Source: Gammaproteobacteria bacterium (lineage in GTDB: Bacteria > Pseudomonadota > Gammaproteobacteria > Ga0077536). Taken from it: a stretch of 64,000 bases of DNA. Position numbers and translations under genes: made by a program. Positions 61,901-64,000 of the stretch are shown piece after piece (the first letter of the stretch is position 1; each line of letters opens with the position of its first letter). The notes under the pieces are model-generated. The model saw only the letters and a list, made by a program, of their open reading frames with translations. It was not told the origin of the DNA and searched no databases. The DNA is taken from the NCBI GenBank assembly GCA_963662545.2, contig CAXXLL010000003.1:2720001-2784000 (forward strand), given 5' to 3'.

Positions 61901-62295
61901 TGGACACATTTTCAAAAGGAGGCAAGCACTATCTTGTCCCGGTCTATGTACACCACAAGGTAACTGGTCTACCCAATCACGCTATCGTTAGCGGGAAGGA
62001 TGAGGCCGACTGGAGAGAGGTGGACGAGACATTTGAGTTTGAATTTTCCTTATATCCGAATGACTTGTTGCAAATTTGCCTCAAAAAACAGACGCACCTT
62101 GGGTATTTTGCTGGCTGTAATCGATCCAATGGGGCCATACATTTGTGGGCCCATGATCGATCGTCCAAAGTGGGCAAAAACGGCCTAATAAGCAGTATCG
62201 GTATTCAAAGGGCAAAGCACCTTAAAAAGTTTGAAGTTGATGTGCTCGGAAACCGTTTTCTCGCGAAAGCCGGTAAGCGAGATGGGCTGGCGTAG
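58909..62295 (+). CDS. cas9: Type II-C CRISPR-associated endonuclease Cas9 (1128 aa)
   Basis: RuvC-I LGLDIGIASVGWA, Arg-rich bridge helix, RuvC-II HIEMARD, HNH EIDHVLP...NNK...N and RuvC-III HHALDA. Confidence 0.97.
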   Translation: MMTRNNLSLGLDIGIASVGWAVLDSDHIIALGVRAFNKAEVAQTGESLNLQRRSARLARRTLRHRRQRLAKLAKLLEASGVITKERLYATPTRESYPSPWALRVKGLDECLAGEEWGRVIYHICKHRGFHWVSRVEEKKSGENAKQEGGKVKQALKSTRGLFASKKYRSAAEMIISEFPDAYRNKHGDYGKALSRTLLSEELELLFQRQSCLKNPHATDFLKNAVLGKGDKKTGLLWEQHPALSGDALLAMLGKCTFERQEYRAPRKSFTAERHVLLTRLNNLRITIDGARRPLTDNERRCALSLSYERAADIKYSKLRSALEKTCGTPSEFAFVGLAYPSEFQKQEEKAKNPEEAAVFKLPGWHELRTTLKKAGLEDEWKQLTCLALKGDPTLLDQVAWVLSVYKEDEEVVAALDDLPLPNKEAVIDALLSVQFSEFHALSLKALRNIVPKMELGLRYDEACTQSGYDHSQPFDPERQKSQSLPPFYLGHDHLSRMRLNEDVGDLPRNPVVMRALNQARKVVNALVGKHGAPHSVHIEMARDLSRPLTERRKIQKEQDDYRDKNDKNRSFFIEQFNREPRGQEFQKLQLYREQSGKCLYSLAPLDLSRLLEMGYVEIDHVLPYSRSYDDSKNNKALVLTKQNRDKSDLTPYEYLQGAQDTEAWIKFSAFVKSNKNYRAAKRNRLLTKDFDEENAKDFQERNLNDTRYICRYFKSYLEEYLELSDESEHRRCVVVNGRLTAFLRARWGLHKERSESDRHHALDAAVVAACTRGMVKRLADYAKGRELRYVQADSIDRETGEIIDFDRYKKLENEFPQPWQGFRGELLARLNTDDVSTLRASLSKLGTYSREEIEAVKPLFVSRAPQRRNSGAAHMDTIYQQTTRLKDERKISQKIKLAGLSFRQTKKTPKPITEQIEQFVKKLADPHRNQKLYDAVCDRLKAFAGDGKKAFSAENPLYKPDKNGNPTGPIVRTVTMSERMSGIPVRGGLAKNETMLRVDTFSKGGKHYLVPVYVHHKVTGLPNHAIVSGKDEADWREVDETFEFEFSLYPNDLLQICLKKQTHLGYFAGCNRSNGAIHLWAHDRSSKVGKNGLISSIGIQRAKHLKKFEVDVLGNRFLAKAGKRDGLA

Positions 62296-63190
62296 CGTTG
62301 TCATTTCGTCCCCAGCAGTGCTTAAACGACGGCACAATTCTCTCGCGATTATTCAAGGCAACACGGCGCTCATACCGTTTGAAGATATCGCGGTTATCAT
62401 TTTAAACCACCGAGAAATTACGTTAACGCACCCGGTCTTAAGTTTCTGCTCTCAGCACGGAATAGCGCTCTTCGCAACAGGAGATGACCATCAGCCGTGC
62501 GGTGTTTTCGTTCCGTTCCTTACGCATACCAGGACTACCAAGTTACTACGACAACAGCTGTCAGCCCCGAAACCGTTAACTAAGCGGACTTGGGCTGCAA
62601 TCGTTCAATCGAAGATCCACAATCAATCCACTTGCCTGCGACTATCGGGTAAGCGGGGTGCGTCTCAATTGGAGTCCTATAGGCGCCGCGTCAGATCTGG
62701 TGACAGCACCAACATGGAAGGCCAAGCCGCCTGGGCATATTTCACCCAACTGTTCGGCGATAAGTTCCGACGGGGCGCAGACGATTGGAGAAACTCCGCT
62801 CTTAACTATGGATACGCTGTACTTAGGGGGGCGATCGCCCGCTCTTTGGTGGGGCATGGTTTTCATCCGAGTGTTGGCTTGTTTCATTCGAGCGAACGAA
62901 ATGCATTCAACTTAGCTGACGACATCATTGAGCCTTTCAGGCCTGTCGTAGACCTATCGGTCGTAAAACGCTATGGCAACAGTGACAAGATAGCGCTTAC
63001 AACCGAAGACAAGGCTTATTTAATATCGTTGCTCAACGTCGATGTCAGCTTGTCTAACGACAAAACATCCGTGCTGTCCGCAATCGATGATGTTGTCACC
63101 AGCATCATGCGAGTTTTTGAACAGCAAGACGAAGCTCTGCTCGTTCTTCCCATTTTGCTGGGGATGAATCAACACGTCGATAATGATTGA
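62282..63190 (+). CDS. cas1: Type II CRISPR-associated Cas1
   Basis: MGWRSVVIS, IPFEDI, NMEGQAA, NSALNYGYAVLR and FNLADDIIEPFRP motifs; overlaps the cas9 stop. Confidence 0.95.
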   Translation: MGWRSVVISSPAVLKRRHNSLAIIQGNTALIPFEDIAVIILNHREITLTHPVLSFCSQHGIALFATGDDHQPCGVFVPFLTHTRTTKLLRQQLSAPKPLTKRTWAAIVQSKIHNQSTCLRLSGKRGASQLESYRRRVRSGDSTNMEGQAAWAYFTQLFGDKFRRGADDWRNSALNYGYAVLRGAIARSLVGHGFHPSVGLFHSSERNAFNLADDIIEPFRPVVDLSVVKRYGNSDKIALTTEDKAYLISLLNVDVSLSNDKTSVLSAIDDVVTSIMRVFEQQDEALLVLPILLGMNQHVDND

Positions 63191-63192
63191 CG

Positions 63193-63307
63193 GTGGGAAC
63201 GGAGACCCGCCGACATATGAGAATGCTGGTGTTATTTGATCTCCCGATGGTCACGAAGGAGCAAAAACGTACATATAGTCGATTCCGTCGATATCTCCTC
63301 TCAGACG
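63193..63307 (+). pseudogene. cas2: cas2 5' part, interrupted by IS66
   Basis: MRMLVLFDLPMVTKEQKRTYSRFRRYLLSD, then GTAA at the IS66 end. Confidence 0.9.
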
Positions 63308-64000
63308 TAACCGGTCAAACGGCGGCGTCTGGTAATTGATCTCGTGTTGCGGTAACGACGGCCAAGTTAGAACGCAGCGGTTGGGTAGCGAACAATGTCT
63401 TCCACACCCGAGGCGTGAGTTGTTCCACTGCGCTATCCGGATGGATCGCGATCCTCTGGAGTACATCAACCAGGTAGGTGTACGGATTAATGCCGTGTAT
63501 TCGGCAAGTACAGATCAAACTTTGTATGATCCCAACGTGTTCAGCGCCCACCTCAGTCCAACAGAACATCCAATTCTTTCGGCCCATCGGAATGGGTCTC
63601 AGAGCGCGCTCTAAATGATTCGTGTCGATCGCGACGCTCGCATCCGATAAGTAAACACGTAACGCGCCCTCACGCTCGGCTGCATAGGCCAGCGCCTTCG
63701 TAAACGGCTGACTCGGTAATAAACCCATGCACTGGCGTTGCTCGTCAAGCCAGGCAAAAAATGCATCAACCGCAGGCAAGGCGTACCGGCTGCGGTAGGT
63801 CTGGGTCGCCGCTTCATCCATTGCCTGGTCACGGATGGTGGCCTCAACGGCATACAGTGCCGCGATCAAATCAAGTGCCTGCGCCGCACTTTGTGGCCTA
63901 TCGGATAATGCCCTTTCGAACTGACGACGCGTGTGCGCCCAGCATTGCGCATGCACGACTTCATCGCCGCGATCGGCGGCAAAACGCGCATAAGCCGCGG
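63307..64000 (-). mobile_element. IS66-family element (right end and TnpC C-terminus), running off the window
   Basis: GTAA terminus; CWAHTRR, IDTNHLERALRPIPMGRKNWMF and SLICTCRIHGINPYTYL motifs. Confidence 0.9.

Noticed and set aside
54928-62295. CRISPR-associated transposon or RNA-guided integrase
   Set aside because: Cas9 nuclease motifs are intact, there is no tnsB/tnsC/tniQ, and the integrase has a conventional tRNA att site and is not operonic with cas genes
58750-64000. CRISPR array
   Set aside because: No repeat-spacer series is visible; only the single anti-repeat. The array is presumably beyond IS66

Overview
An IS-saturated, heavily rearranged accessory region from a GC-rich bacterium; the gene content looks proteobacterial, probably Gammaproteobacteria. 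From 1 to about 53.6 kb it is a mosaic of intact catabolic genes, many truncated, fused or duplicated gene fragments, and IS elements of the IS4/IS10, IS110, IS3, ISNCY, IS630, IS91 and IS481-like types. The intact genes include three c-type-heme PQQ dehydrogenases, a form II CoxL-like Mo subunit, TTQ amine dehydrogenase heavy and light chains, a GcvT-family amine oxidase, a TauD dioxygenase and DUF1800/DUF1501. Several duplication breakpoints start exactly at IS91/ISCR oriIS-like motifs, which suggests rolling-circle gene capture. One IS91 transposase is interrupted four times by short CAGGGATG-loop hairpin inserts. The right end holds a tRNA-Phe 3'-half att site, a tyrosine integrase, an IS6 element and a compact type II-C CRISPR-Cas9 locus: tracrRNA, intact 1128-aa cas9, cas1, and cas2 interrupted by IS66. 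No CRISPR array is visible in the window. All family assignments come from motif recognition by eye; no database search was run.
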